Below, in pieces: positions 9,924 to 20,754 of a stretch of 64,000 nt of DNA (positions are counted from its first letter, which is position 1; every line of letters starts with the position of its first letter). Below the pieces are notes generated by a model that made no database searches, was not told where the DNA came from, and was given only the letters and a program-made list of their open reading frames with translations. Origin of the DNA: an uncultured Alphaproteobacteria bacterium. Its GTDB lineage: Bacteria; Pseudomonadota; Alphaproteobacteria; Rhizobiales; Hyphomicrobiaceae. Made by a program: the position numbers and the translations under genes. The stretch lies in assembly GCA_963759735.1 (NCBI GenBank), contig CAVXAF010000002.1, forward strand, positions 58,255-122,254, written 5' to 3'.

Positions 9924-9952
9924 ACCATGTGCGAGGGGCGAGTTGGCGTCAA
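9924..9952 (-). promoter_or_regulatory. Sigma70-type promoter
   Basis: Minus strand TTGACG (9952-9947), 17-nt spacer, CATGGT (9929-9924). Confidence 0.55.
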
Positions 9953-10026
9953 GCGCTCGCAAGTGGACAAAATTCTGATGCAGCGCAGCGATTTACGGGC
10001 GGCCGCAGCGTCGAGGCGCTAAGACC

Positions 10027-10671
10027 TCAGGATACTTCGGGGCGGCATTCGGAATCGGCCGGCAGGGGATCGCATTGGCGATTGCCGGTGCAGCTGCGCA
10101 TGGCCTGCTGCACGCTGCTCGAATAGAGCCCATCGATGGCGCCGAAATAGAGCCCCTGCGAGCGCAGCCCGCATTGATACATTTTCACGATGCGCGCCCC
10201 GCCCGTCTGCATCGCCAGTTCGTAATCTTCCAGCGCCGCCTTCGCCTCACCCAGCGACTGGCGAATATGGGCGCGCGTATCGAGGGCAAAGGGACTGCCG
10301 GGTGACAGCTGCAGCGCTTTCTCTACATCGGCGATGCCGTCGCGCGGGCGGCCGAGCTTGTAGTACGACCAGGCGCGGTTGTTCAGCGCCAGCGGAAAGT
10401 CGGGCGTAATGGTCAGCGCGGAATCATAGTCGGCCAGCGCCTTGTCGAACATGCCGAGCAGGGAATAGGCGAGCGCCCGGTTACCGTAGGCGAGGCTCTT
10501 TTGATCATCGGGCAGCCCCGGCGTATCGATGAGCGTCGAGCAACCGCTGATGCGCCGCTCGTTATCGTCGCTGAGGCAGTCGAGCGTCGGGTCATCGACG
10601 GTCGCCAGCGCAGCGGCCGCCCCGAAGGCGAGCGCTGCCAAGGTAGCGGCGATGGTCTTGGCGTAAGCCAT
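10027..10671 (-). CDS. Secreted tetratricopeptide repeat protein
   Basis: Signal peptide, TPRs (AYGNRALAY, ALNNRAWSYY, ALDTRAHI) and a C-terminal GLYFGAIDGLY segment. Confidence 0.85.
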   Translation of the reverse strand: MAYAKTIAATLAALAFGAAAALATVDDPTLDCLSDDNERRISGCSTLIDTPGLPDDQKSLAYGNRALAYSLLGMFDKALADYDSALTITPDFPLALNNRAWSYYKLGRPRDGIADVEKALQLSPGSPFALDTRAHIRQSLGEAKAALEDYELAMQTGGARIVKMYQCGLRSQGLYFGAIDGLYSSSVQQAMRSCTGNRQCDPLPADSECRPEVS

Positions 10672-10866
10672 GTCGTCCCCTGTGAACCCTGAACCGGCTA
10701 TGACACTGACTGCACCCCTTGAAACCACAACAAACGGGGCCTAATCGAGGCAATCGCGCGGGGTGTCTAACATCGAGCGGGACGTCCGATGCCTCTGGCG
10801 CCGCTTAACCCCTTCCGTCCGGCATTTATGCTAGCTTCCGCCGATTGCAGACCATGAGCGTCCCAC

Positions 10867-12111
10867 GTGAAACAACAGCGCATCCTGCTCATCATCGGCG
10901 GCGGCATCGCCGCCTACAAGTGCCTCGACCTCATCCGCCGCTTGCGCGAGGCGGGCGCCTCGGTGCGCGCCGTCATGACGCGGGCCGCCGGCGAGTTCGT
11001 GACGCCGCTGTCGGTCGGAGCCCTCACCGCGGAGCGCGTCTTCACCGATCTGTTCGACCTCAACGATGAGCAGGAGATCGGCCACATTCGCCTGTCGCGC
11101 GACGCGGATCTGCTGATCGTTGCGCCGGCCACCGCCGACCTCATCGCCAAGATGGCCGGCGGACACGCCGACGACCTCGCCTCCACCGTTCTTTTAGCCA
11201 CCGACAAGCCGGTGCTGATCGCGCCGTCGATGAACCCGCGCATGTGGCTGCACCCGGCGACCCAGCGCAACGTTGCGCAACTGCGCGCCGACGGCATCCG
11301 CATCGTCGGCCCCAACACCGGTGAGATGGCCGAGCGCGACGAAGCGGGCCCAGGACGGCTCGCCGAAGTCCCGCAGATCATCGAGGAGGCGGCCAAGATT
11401 CTCGCCGAGCGGGGCAGCGATGCGCCCGCACGGCTCGGCGGACATCCGCTCACTGGGCGCCATGTGCTCGTCACGTCCGGCCCGACGCACGAGCCGATCG
11501 ATCCGGTGCGCTACATTGCCAACCGTTCGTCCGGCAAACAGGGGCATGCCATCGCCCGCGCTGCGGCGATCCTCGGCGCGCGAGTAACGCTTGTTACCGG
11601 ACCGGTGTCGCTCGCCGATCCGCCCGGCGCCGATGTCGTGCGCGTCGAGACCGCCGCTGAGATGCTGCGCGCCGTCAAGGCAGCGTTGCCGGCCGATATC
11701 GCCGTATTCGCCGCCGCCGTCGCCGACTGGCGCAGCGCGTCGGCGCCAGCCGAGAAGATCAAGAAATCCAGCGCCAAGCCGAGCCTCGATCTGGTCGAGA
11801 ACGCCGACATCCTGGCCAGCGTCGGCAAGTTGGGTGCGGAGCGTCCGAGCCTCGTCATCGGCTTTGCCGCGGAAACGCAAAGCGTGACCAGCGAAGCCGG
11901 CAAGAAGCGCGCAGCCAAAGGCGCCGACTGGATCGTCGCCAACGACGTCTCGCCGGCTCGCGGCGTCTTCGGCGGCGACGGCAACACCGTGCATCTCGTA
12001 ACCGCGAGCGGCACCGAGGATTGGCCGACGCTGACCAAAGACGAGGTCGCGCGGCGCCTCATGCAGCGCGCGGCCGAGCATCTGGGTCGCAGCGCCGCGG
12101 CCGCCGAATGA
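10867..12111 (+). CDS. coaBC: Bifunctional phosphopantothenoylcysteine decarboxylase/ligase
   Basis: [43 protein letters not shown]. Confidence 0.96.
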   Translation: MKQQRILLIIGGGIAAYKCLDLIRRLREAGASVRAVMTRAAGEFVTPLSVGALTAERVFTDLFDLNDEQEIGHIRLSRDADLLIVAPATADLIAKMAGGHADDLASTVLLATDKPVLIAPSMNPRMWLHPATQRNVAQLRADGIRIVGPNTGEMAERDEAGPGRLAEVPQIIEEAAKILAERGSDAPARLGGHPLTGRHVLVTSGPTHEPIDPVRYIANRSSGKQGHAIARAAAILGARVTLVTGPVSLADPPGADVVRVETAAEMLRAVKAALPADIAVFAAAVADWRSASAPAEKIKKSSAKPSLDLVENADILASVGKLGAERPSLVIGFAAETQSVTSEAGKKRAAKGADWIVANDVSPARGVFGGDGNTVHLVTASGTEDWPTLTKDEVARRLMQRAAEHLGRSAAAAE

Positions 12112-12710
12112 CATCGACGCGCCGAACGGCTGACAAGCAGGCGCGCGCGCGCGTCAAGGTCGTGCGTCTGGCACACGGCAACGGCCTGCCGCTTCCCGCC
12201 TATCAGACGCCGGGGGCCGCGGGTCTGGACCTCGTTGCCGCCCTCGACACGCGCCATCCGTTGACGCTGGCCCCTGGTGCGCGTGCGCTGGTGCCGACCG
12301 GCCTCGTCATCGAGCTCCCTGAGGGATATGAGGCGCAGGTGCGGCCACGCTCTGGCCTCGCGCTCAAGAACGGCGTGACCGTCCTCAACAGTCCCGGCAC
12401 CATCGATTGCGACTATCGCGGCGAAGTCTGCGTCATCCTGGCCAACCTGGGGCAGGCACCTTTCGATATCCGCCGCGGCGATCGCATCGCACAGATCGTT
12501 ATCAGCCCGGTGACGCACGCCGAACTGATCGAGGTCGAGGGCGTCTCAGATACGGCCCGCGGAAAGGGCGGATTTGGCTCGACCGGGAAGACCGGCGCCA
12601 ATGAAAACGCCCGATCCCGCCGAAAGGCATTGGCAAAGAAATCCATCCCAACGCCCGCCGCGGCGCCAAAAAAAACCGGTTCAGCAAAGCCGCGCACCCG
12701 CAATCGATGA
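12108..12710 (+). CDS. dut: dUTP diphosphatase with basic C-terminal tail
   Basis: [35 protein letters not shown]; ATGA overlap with coaBC. Confidence 0.96.
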   Translation: MTSTRRTADKQARARVKVVRLAHGNGLPLPAYQTPGAAGLDLVAALDTRHPLTLAPGARALVPTGLVIELPEGYEAQVRPRSGLALKNGVTVLNSPGTIDCDYRGEVCVILANLGQAPFDIRRGDRIAQIVISPVTHAELIEVEGVSDTARGKGGFGSTGKTGANENARSRRKALAKKSIPTPAAAPKKTGSAKPRTRNR

Positions 12711-12817
12711 GCGGGACGGCGCCTTGACAGCCTCGGCCATTCGCCCAACGTGCGCCTGAACGCTGAACCCTGGACGGCGACAACGACGCCACTCGATCGC
12801 ACAAGAGGCTTCTTCCG

Positions 12818-13819
12818 ATGAACGACACCCCTGAGATCAAGACTCTTGCCGCCACCAAGACGTGGGGCCGCGGCCGCGTCTACGATTCGATTGCCGAGAC
12901 CATCGGACACACGCCGCTCGTGCGCCTGTCGAAGATCACCGCCGCCGCCAAAGTCCGCGCCGACATCCTGCTCAAGCTCGAATTCTTCAATCCGCTTTCA
13001 TCGGTCAAGGACCGCATCGGCGTCGCCATGATCGACGTCCTCGAGGCGCAGGGGCGCATTACGCCTGGACGCACTGTGCTTATCGAGCCGACCTCCGGCA
13101 ACACCGGCATCGGCCTCGCCTTCGTCGCCGCCTCGCGCGGCTATCGCCTGATCCTCGTCATGCCGGAGACGATGTCGATTGAGCGCCGCAAGATCCTCAC
13201 CCACCTCGGCGCCGAGCTCGAGCTGACCCCAGGCCCCGGCGGCATGCCGGCCGCTGTCGAGCGCGCCGCCGAGCTGGCCAAGACCATCCCCGGCGCTGTC
13301 ATCCCGGGCCAGTTCGACAATCCCGCCAATCCACTCGTGCACGAGAAGACGACCGCCGAGGAAATCTGGAACGATACCGGCGGCAAGGTCGATGCAATCG
13401 TCATCGGCGTGGGCACTGGCGGTACTCTGACCGGCGTTGGCCGCGCGCTTAAGAAGCGCAAGCCCGACCTCAAGTTGATCGCCGTCGAGCCGACGACCAG
13501 TCCTGTCCTGTCCGGTAAACCGCGTGGTCCGCACAAGATCCAAGGCATCGGCGCCGGCTTCATTCCCTCCATCCTCGACACAAGCCTGATCGACGAGATC
13601 GTCACGGTGTCGAGCGAGCAGGCGTTCGAAGTCTCGCGCCTCGTCGCCAAGGTGGAAGGCATTCCCGGCGGCATATCGACGGGCGCCAACGTCGCCGCGG
13701 CGCTCTCCATTGCCGAGCGCCCCGAGTACGCCGGCAAGACGATCGTGACCTTCGCGCCGTCGTCGGCCGAGCGCTATTACACCAGCGATCTGTTTCTCGA
13801 TCCCAGCAAGCCGGCCTGA
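12818..13819 (+). CDS. cysK: Cysteine synthase A
   Basis: KLEFFNPLSSVKDRIG, EPTSGNTG, GVGTGGT, HKIQGIGAGF. Confidence 0.96.
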   Translation: MNDTPEIKTLAATKTWGRGRVYDSIAETIGHTPLVRLSKITAAAKVRADILLKLEFFNPLSSVKDRIGVAMIDVLEAQGRITPGRTVLIEPTSGNTGIGLAFVAASRGYRLILVMPETMSIERRKILTHLGAELELTPGPGGMPAAVERAAELAKTIPGAVIPGQFDNPANPLVHEKTTAEEIWNDTGGKVDAIVIGVGTGGTLTGVGRALKKRKPDLKLIAVEPTTSPVLSGKPRGPHKIQGIGAGFIPSILDTSLIDEIVTVSSEQAFEVSRLVAKVEGIPGGISTGANVAAALSIAERPEYAGKTIVTFAPSSAERYYTSDLFLDPSKPA

Positions 13820-13957
13820 GGGCGCAGCGCCTTGTCGCTCCAGGCCCTTATTTTTTGCCGACTGTCGTAACTATCTTGGTGGATTGCAGGGGGTTGCGCG
13901 CCGCGCCAGCGGGCCGCCCCCTGACGCACCCGGAGCGTTTGCGATAAGGTGTCGGGC

Positions 13958-14809
13958 ATGCAGGACAGAGCATCATCGCCGCTGACCGCGCAGGAGATCG
14001 AGCGTTACAAGCGCCATCTCGTGCTGAAGGAGGTGGGCGGCCAGGGCCAGCAGACGTTAAAGAACGCCCGCGTGCTCGTGGTCGGCGCCGGCGGGCTTGG
14101 CTCGCCGGTGGCCCTTTATCTCGCTGCGGCCGGCGTAGGCACCATCGGCATCGTCGACGACGACAGCGTCTCGCTCGACAATCTGCAGCGCCAGATCGCT
14201 CACGGTACCCAAGACATCGGAACGCCCAAAGTGGCGAGCGCCGGCCGCGCCATCGGGAAGCTCAACCCGCACGTCGTCGTGGAGCCGATCGAAGCCAGGC
14301 TCGACGCCGCCAACGCCGCCTCGATCATCGCCGGCTACGACATCATTGCCGACGGCTCGGACAATGCCGAAACCCGCTACCTCGTCTCCGACGCCTGCTA
14401 CTTCGCGGCGCGCACCCTGGTTTTCGGCGCCGTCGGTCCGTTCGACGGCTACGTGTCGACCTTCAAGCCGCATATGCGCGGCCCGGACGGGGCACCCTTT
14501 CCGACCTACCGGTGCCTTTTCCCCGAGGCCCCGCCGCCGGGGACGCTGCCCAACTGCGCCGAAGCGGGCGTGCTAGGCGCCGTCGTCGGCGTCATCGGCA
14601 CGTTGCAGGCGACGGAGGTGCTGAAGGAGATACTCGGGATCGGAGCCAGCCTCGCGGGGCGGCTACTCATGTACGACGCCTTGGCGGCGCGCTTTGAGAC
14701 CCTGTCGATCGCCTGGGATGCTGACAATCCGCTCAGCGGTAGAAACCCGACGATAACCGACCTTTCAATCCACGCGTCGACCAATCACAACTCGACATGC
14801 GCGGCATGA
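13958..14809 (+). CDS. moeB: Molybdopterin-synthase adenylyltransferase (MoeB/ThiF)
   Basis: VGAGGLGSP, LDNLQRQ, PNCAEAGVLG. Confidence 0.88.
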   Translation: MQDRASSPLTAQEIERYKRHLVLKEVGGQGQQTLKNARVLVVGAGGLGSPVALYLAAAGVGTIGIVDDDSVSLDNLQRQIAHGTQDIGTPKVASAGRAIGKLNPHVVVEPIEARLDAANAASIIAGYDIIADGSDNAETRYLVSDACYFAARTLVFGAVGPFDGYVSTFKPHMRGPDGAPFPTYRCLFPEAPPPGTLPNCAEAGVLGAVVGVIGTLQATEVLKEILGIGASLAGRLLMYDALAARFETLSIAWDADNPLSGRNPTITDLSIHASTNHNSTCAA

Positions 14810-14824
14810 GAGGATAGCGCTTCA

Positions 14825-15328
14825 ATGTTGCCTCTTCGGACGCTGCGCCCCGTGCTCATTGCCATCATCTTCGCCGCCCTCCTTCCGCTGCCCCATTTCG
14901 ACGCCGAGGCACAGGCCCAGGCGGAGCAACCGCAATTGTCGATCGCGCCGGCGCCGCTGCCGGAAAAGCGGTCCGAGTACGGCGCCATCGCCTTCACGCC
15001 CGACGGCTCATTCTTCTCCGTATGGAAGATCGGCTCCCGCCTAGAGGCGGAGGAGAAGGTGCGCGCCGAATGCGCCGAACTTGGGCGCGGAAACTGCGAG
15101 GCGGTTAGTTTTCGCGGAGAGGTATGCGCCGCCATCGCGTCCGGCCGCATCGCCAAGGAGCGCCAAGTCACCTATTCCGGCGGTGGGTTGACGCCAAGCG
15201 ACGCCGAGCGTCTGGCGCTCGGCCGCTGCAACGCCGACCGACGTGCGCGCGGGACCTGCCAGCTACGCACCACGGTGTGCGGCGACGGCCGCCTCGATTC
15301 TACGACCGCCAGCGCGCCGGCACCCTGA
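14825..15328 (+). CDS. DUF4189 domain secreted protein
   Basis: Signal peptide, YGAIAF motif and six-Cys pattern (AEC..GNC..VCAAIA..RC..TC..VC). Confidence 0.75.
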   Translation: MLPLRTLRPVLIAIIFAALLPLPHFDAEAQAQAEQPQLSIAPAPLPEKRSEYGAIAFTPDGSFFSVWKIGSRLEAEEKVRAECAELGRGNCEAVSFRGEVCAAIASGRIAKERQVTYSGGGLTPSDAERLALGRCNADRRARGTCQLRTTVCGDGRLDSTTASAPAP

Positions 15329-15369
15329 GAACGCCTCGGGACGCTGATCCGTCCCGCTGCGCATCGCCC

Positions 15370-16368
15370 TCAGAACATCGCCGGATGCACGCGGTCGGGT
15401 GGGGCGTGGCCATCCAAGAACGTCTTGATATTGATGATGACCTTTTCGCCCATGTCGATGCGGCCTTCGATGGTCGCCGAACTCATGTGCGGCAGCGCCA
15501 CCACCCGATCCGAGTGGAGGATCTTGGGATTGACCGCGGGTTCGTGCTCGAACACGTCGAGCCCGGCGCCGGCGATGGCACCCGCTTCAATGAGACGCGC
15601 CAGCTCGTTCTCGTCGATCACCTCGCCACGCGCCGTGTTGACGATGTAGGCCGACGGCTTCAGCAGCCGCAGTCGGCGCGCCGACAAAAGGTGATAGGTG
15701 CCGGGCGTATGCGGGCAGTTGACAGAGACAATGTCGACCCGCGTGAGCATCTGGTCGAGGCTTTCCCAGTACGTTGCCTCGAGCTCCTTCTCGACGTCCT
15801 GCCCGACGCGGCGGCGGTTGTGGTAGTGGATCTGCAGGCCGAACGCCTTGGCACGGCGGGCCACAGCCTGGCCGATGCGCCCCATGCCGATGATGCCGAG
15901 ACGCTTGCCGGAGATACGGTGGCCGAGCATCCAGGTCGGTGACCAGCCGCCCCAGCTGTTCTTCTGGTCGCGGAGGTAGGCGGCGCCTTCCACCAGGCGG
16001 CGCGGGGCGGCGAGGATCAGCGCCATGGTCATATCGGCGGTATCTTCGGTCAGGACGCCCGGAGTATTGGTGACCGTGATGCCGCGGTTGCGGGCGGTAT
16101 CGAGGTCGATATTGTCGACACCGGTGCCGAAATTGGCGATGAGACGAAGTTGCGGGCCCGCCTGGGAAATCACCGCTCGGTCGATGCGATCGGTGACCGT
16201 CGGGACGAGCACGTCGGCGATCTTCAGGGCCTCGGTGATCTGGCTCTGTGTCAGAGGGGCATCGTCGACGTTAAGACGCGCGTCGAACAGCTCGCGCATG
16301 CGGGTCTCGACGACGTCCGGCAGCTTGCGTGTGACAATGACGATTGGCTTTCGGGCGCTGTTCGGCAT
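15370..16368 (-). CDS. D-glycerate dehydrogenase / 2-hydroxyacid dehydrogenase
   Basis: TNTPGVLTEDTAD, GIIGMGRIG, VNTARGEVIDE, LDVFEHEP. Confidence 0.92.
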   Translation of the reverse strand: MPNSARKPIVIVTRKLPDVVETRMRELFDARLNVDDAPLTQSQITEALKIADVLVPTVTDRIDRAVISQAGPQLRLIANFGTGVDNIDLDTARNRGITVTNTPGVLTEDTADMTMALILAAPRRLVEGAAYLRDQKNSWGGWSPTWMLGHRISGKRLGIIGMGRIGQAVARRAKAFGLQIHYHNRRRVGQDVEKELEATYWESLDQMLTRVDIVSVNCPHTPGTYHLLSARRLRLLKPSAYIVNTARGEVIDENELARLIEAGAIAGAGLDVFEHEPAVNPKILHSDRVVALPHMSSATIEGRIDMGEKVIINIKTFLDGHAPPDRVHPAMF

Positions 16369-16567
16369 CGGGGTTCGCTGTGTCTCTGGGATGGCAGGCG
16401 GGGGAGGGGCTGGTCGGCTAAGCTTTCGTTCAGGCAGGTCTAACAGAACGCCATTGCGATGACAAAGTGCGGGATTTTCTCTCCGCATCGGCACCAGCAC
16501 ATTGGTCCGGCGGCTACTTAAGCATTGATCTATCGATTCTGGGTACTGGCTAGCGACGAGGCGAGGG

Positions 16568-17134
16568 ATGGGAATGCGGCCGATCGGGGCGCTTAGGCAG
16601 TTACCGGTAATATTGGCGATGACGGCGCTTTTCGCCGCGACGTCGCTCGCCGCGGCTCAACCGGCTGGAACGGGTTCCAGCCTACCCGGCGGCAGCGGGT
16701 TGCCGGTGCCGCGCTTCGTCAGCCTCAAGTCCGATCGCGTCAATATGCGCAACGGACCCGGCACCGATTACCCGACCGCCTGGGTCTATCGCCGTGCCGG
16801 TCTACCGCTTGAGGTGATCAAGGAGTTCGAAGGCTGGCGCCAGGTACGCGACGCTGACGGCGCGGCCGGCTGGGTGCTGCAGTCGTTCCTCTCAGGGCGC
16901 CGCACGGCGCTCGTTCTGCCGTGGGAGATAAAGTCAGGTAAGGCGGTGCCGAACGTTGCGCTGCGCCATGACGACAGCGAGCGCGCCCGCGCGGTGGCGA
17001 TGATCGAGGCTGGCGTCATCGCCAACCTGCTTGCTTGCGACGGACGCTGGTGCCGCGTCAGCATCGACAAGTTTCAAGGCTACATCCAGCAGAACAAATT
17101 GTGGGGCGTCTACGAAGGCGAGGCCATCCGCTAG
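16568..17134 (+). CDS. SH3 domain-containing secreted protein
   Basis: SGLPVPRFVSLK, VNMRNGPG, WRQVRDADG; two bacterial SH3 domains. Confidence 0.88.
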   Translation: MGMRPIGALRQLPVILAMTALFAATSLAAAQPAGTGSSLPGGSGLPVPRFVSLKSDRVNMRNGPGTDYPTAWVYRRAGLPLEVIKEFEGWRQVRDADGAAGWVLQSFLSGRRTALVLPWEIKSGKAVPNVALRHDDSERARAVAMIEAGVIANLLACDGRWCRVSIDKFQGYIQQNKLWGVYEGEAIR

Positions 17135-17150
17135 GAGAGGGCGCCTGCCA

Positions 17151-17603
17151 TCAGTCCTTTTTCAGGCGCACGACCACGTCGATGTGGGTGATGCTCATGC
17201 CTTCGGGCGGCTCGGGCAAGCCATCGACGCGGATGGCGTGGCCGGGGATGTCGCGCAGCTCGCCCTCTTCCTCGACAAAGAAGTGGTTGTGGTTCGAGGT
17301 ATTGGTGTCGAAGTAGGCCTTGGCGCCGTTGATCGCCAGCTCGCGCAGCAGCCCTGCCCGCTTGAACTGGTGCAGCGTGTTGTAGACCGTCGCCAAAGAC
17401 ACGTGCTGGCCAACGGACGTCGCCTCGGCGTGCAGCGACTCGGCAGTAATGTGACGGTCCTCGCCCTCGAACAGCAGAGTGCCAAGCGCCAGGCGCTGGC
17501 GCGTCGGGCGCAATCCAGCCTTGCGCAGGAGCTGGGAAACTCCCCGCGAGGCTTTGCCGTCTTTTTGCGTTCCCGTCGTGCTGTCGGTCATTCGCTCGCG
17601 CAT
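17151..17603 (-). CDS. irr: Iron response regulator (Fur family)
   Basis: GLRPTRQRLAL, VSLATVYNTLHQF, YFDTNTSNHNHFF; divergent from fabA as usual in Rhizobiales. Confidence 0.9.
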   Translation of the reverse strand: MRERMTDSTTGTQKDGKASRGVSQLLRKAGLRPTRQRLALGTLLFEGEDRHITAESLHAEATSVGQHVSLATVYNTLHQFKRAGLLRELAINGAKAYFDTNTSNHNHFFVEEEGELRDIPGHAIRVDGLPEPPEGMSITHIDVVVRLKKD

Positions 17604-17867
17604 CGCGCCATGGTGCCTAAGTGCAGCCTGGAGCCGGCCCACAGGACCCTAAGCGGGGCGGCCAATCAAGCTGACACCAGAAATATACTATAGGCAGGCG
17701 CTCGACTGCCTGCAACACGCGGCCTCACTTCGCCCGGTCATCTAGGCCAGTCATCCTCGGGCGTGCTGGTGGTTACCCTTTTGAACGCCAATTGACTGTG
17801 TTAGGAACCCCCGGCCGCAGCTGAACTGCCAGGGGCGCTCACAAGCGAGGGACTGGGCAAAGGAACC

Positions 17868-18410
17868 ATGACAGAACGCCGCACGAGCTTCGAATACGAT
17901 GAACTTCTTGCGTGTGGCCGCGGTGAGCTCTTCGGCCCAGGCAATGCGCAACTCCCGCTGCCGCCGATGCTCATGTTCGACCGCATCTCCTCCGTCTCCG
18001 AGACCGGCGGCCAGTACGGCAAGGGCCAGATCGCAGCCGAGTTCGCGGTGGCCGGCAGTAGCCGGACGGACTGGTTCTTCCGCTGCCATTTCGAGGGCGA
18101 TCCGGTCATGCCGGGCTGCCTCGGCCTCGACGCGTTGTGGCAGATGACCGGGTTCTTTCTCGGCTGGCTGGGAGCCCCCGGACGGGGTCGCGCCCTCGGC
18201 GTCGGCGAGGTCAAGTTTACCGGCATGGTGGTGCCCACGGTCCGCCGCGTCGAGTACATCGTCGACATGAAGCGGGTCATCCTGCGCAAGCTGAAATTGG
18301 CCATCGCCGACGGCGTCATGAAGGCCGACGGCGAAGTGATCTATACCGCCACCGATCTGCGCGTCGGACTGTTCGAGACCGGCGAGACAACAGCAGTCGT
18401 CGGTTCTTGA
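17868..18410 (+). CDS. fabA: 3-hydroxyacyl-ACP dehydratase/isomerase
   Basis: [29 protein letters not shown]. Confidence 0.96.
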   Translation: MTERRTSFEYDELLACGRGELFGPGNAQLPLPPMLMFDRISSVSETGGQYGKGQIAAEFAVAGSSRTDWFFRCHFEGDPVMPGCLGLDALWQMTGFFLGWLGAPGRGRALGVGEVKFTGMVVPTVRRVEYIVDMKRVILRKLKLAIADGVMKADGEVIYTATDLRVGLFETGETTAVVGS

Positions 18411-18492
18411 TCTTGATGGGTTTTCGTGCTCGCTTCCGCCGGAGCAGTACTAAAAGAACAGCCGCGAGCACCGGGTACCAGAGGATGGGCGG

Positions 18493-19728
18493 ATGAGACG
18501 AGTGGTCGTCACGGGCATGGGCATTGTTTCCTCGATAGGGAACAACTCCCAGGAAGTGCTCGCGTCCCTCCGCGAAGCCAAATCCGGCATCGTACGTGCC
18601 GAAAAGTATGCCGAGCTCGGTTTCCGCTGCCAGGTGCATGGCGCCCCCAACATCGATTGGGAGGCACAGGTGCCGCGCAAGCCGCGCCGCTTCATGGGCG
18701 ATGGCGTGGGCTGGAATTATGTCGCCATGGATCAGGCGATCCGCGACGCGGGCCTTGAAGAAAAAGACGTCATCAACGAGCGCACCGGCATCATCATGGG
18801 CTCGGGTGGCCCATCGACGCGTGCCATCGTCGCCGCCGCCGACGTGACGCGCGAGAAAGATCCCAAGAAGGTCGGCCCGTTCGAGGTGCCCAAGGCGATG
18901 TGCTCGGGCCCCTCGGCCGCGCTCGCCACCAGTTTCCAGATCAAGGGCGTCAACTACTCGATCGCGTCTGCCTGCTCGACCTCGGCGCACTGCATCGGCA
19001 ATGCCGCCGAGATGATCCAGTGGGGCAAGCAGGACGTGATGTTCGCCGGCGGCTGCGAGGAGCTGGACTGGACCCTGTCGGTGCTGTTCGACGCCATGGG
19101 CGCCATGTCATCTCGGTTCAACGACACGCCGAGCAAGGCAAGCCGCGCCTACGACAAGAGCCGCGACGGCTTTGTCATCGCCGGCGGCGCCGGTGTGGTC
19201 GTGCTGGAAGAGCTCGAGCGCGCCAAGGCACGCGGCGCCCGCATCTACGGTGAGATCGTCGGCTACGGCGCCACCTCTGACGGCTACGACATGGTCGCCC
19301 CGTCCGGCGAAGGCGCGGTGCGCTGCATGCAGCTCGCCCTCAAGGGTTTCGACGGCAAGGGCGTCGGCCACAAGGTCGACTACATCAACCCGCACGGCAC
19401 CGGCACGCCCATCGGCGACCTGCGCGAGATCGAAGCCATCCGCAAGGTGTTCGCCGGCGAAGAGGTGCCGAAGATCGCCGCCACCAAGTCGCTGACCGGC
19501 CATTCGCTGGGCGCCGTCGGCGTGCAGGAGGCCATCTTCTCGCTGCTCATGATGAACAACGGATTCATCTGCGAGAGCGCGAACATAGAAGAGCTCGACC
19601 CCGAACTCGCCGATATGCCGATCGTGCGTGAGCGGATCGACAATGTTAGCCTTAACTGCGTCATGTCGAACAGCTTCGGTTTTGGCGGCACTAATGCCAC
19701 GCTCGTTTTCCGACGACTGGCGAGCTAA
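18493..19728 (+). CDS. fabB: Beta-ketoacyl-ACP synthase I
   Basis: [28 protein letters not shown]. Confidence 0.96.
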   Translation: MRRVVVTGMGIVSSIGNNSQEVLASLREAKSGIVRAEKYAELGFRCQVHGAPNIDWEAQVPRKPRRFMGDGVGWNYVAMDQAIRDAGLEEKDVINERTGIIMGSGGPSTRAIVAAADVTREKDPKKVGPFEVPKAMCSGPSAALATSFQIKGVNYSIASACSTSAHCIGNAAEMIQWGKQDVMFAGGCEELDWTLSVLFDAMGAMSSRFNDTPSKASRAYDKSRDGFVIAGGAGVVVLEELERAKARGARIYGEIVGYGATSDGYDMVAPSGEGAVRCMQLALKGFDGKGVGHKVDYINPHGTGTPIGDLREIEAIRKVFAGEEVPKIAATKSLTGHSLGAVGVQEAIFSLLMMNNGFICESANIEELDPELADMPIVRERIDNVSLNCVMSNSFGFGGTNATLVFRRLAS

Positions 19729-19844
19729 AAACGCCGCTGGCTGTCGGTGTCATGCCGGGAACAGCGGGTTGGCGCGGAACCATTATGTAACCGCGGGGCC
19801 GCCGATTTGGGCCGGTCTATAATTCAGGAACCACAGGAACTCCC

Positions 19845-20714
19845 ATGACTGAAATCGACCTCGCCAAACCTGGCCCGATCATGGCAGGCAAGCGCGGCCT
19901 TATCATGGGCGTTGCCAACGAACGCTCGATCGCCTGGGGTATTGCCCGCATCCTCGCCGGGCAGGGCGCCGAGCTTGCCTTCACCTATCAGGACGGCGCC
20001 TTCGGCCGCCGCGCCCAGCCGCTCGCCAAGACCCTCGGCGCCGAGATCATCGAGCCGGTCAACGTGCTCGACCTCGACAGCGTCGACCGCGTCTTCGCGC
20101 GCATCAAGGAAGCCTGGGGCAATCTCGACTTCGTGGTGCACGCGCTCGCCTATTCGGACCCGCGCGAACTCTCCGGCCGTTACGTGAACACGACGCGCGA
20201 GAACTTCACCAACACGATGGTGATCTCATGCTTCTCCTTCACCGAGGTCGCTAAGCGCGCCGTGCCGCTGATGACCAACGGCGGATCGATGATCACGCTC
20301 AGCTACGGCGGAGCCACCAAGTCGGTGCCCTCCTATAATGTCATGGGCGTCGCCAAGGCCGCGCTTGAAGCTTCCGTCCGCTATCTCGCGGCCGACCTCG
20401 GCCCGCAGGGTATCCGCGTTAACGCGCTGTCGGCCGGCCCGATGCGCACGCTGTCCGGCGCAGGCGTTTCCGACGCGCGCGTCATCTTCAACTTCCAAAA
20501 GGAAAATGCGCCTCTGAAGCGCACGCCGACCCTCAATGAAGTGGGAGGCTCGGCGCTCTACCTTCTGTCCGACATGTCGGGCGCCGTGACCGGCGAGGTG
20601 CACTTCGTCGATTGCGGATATTCGACCGTCGCCATGCCGAACCTCGAAGCGCTGAAGCGCATCGACAGCGAGGCCGGGCCGAGCGGGCGTTCTCCTTCCG
20701 AAGCCGCCGAGTAG
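19845..20714 (+). CDS. fabI: Enoyl-ACP reductase
   Basis: GVANERSIAWGIA, YNVMGVAKAALE. Confidence 0.95.
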   Translation: MTEIDLAKPGPIMAGKRGLIMGVANERSIAWGIARILAGQGAELAFTYQDGAFGRRAQPLAKTLGAEIIEPVNVLDLDSVDRVFARIKEAWGNLDFVVHALAYSDPRELSGRYVNTTRENFTNTMVISCFSFTEVAKRAVPLMTNGGSMITLSYGGATKSVPSYNVMGVAKAALEASVRYLAADLGPQGIRVNALSAGPMRTLSGAGVSDARVIFNFQKENAPLKRTPTLNEVGGSALYLLSDMSGAVTGEVHFVDCGYSTVAMPNLEALKRIDSEAGPSGRSPSEAAE

Positions 20715-20754
20715 ATGATCTTGACGACCTGACGATGCGGGCCCAAACACGCGC

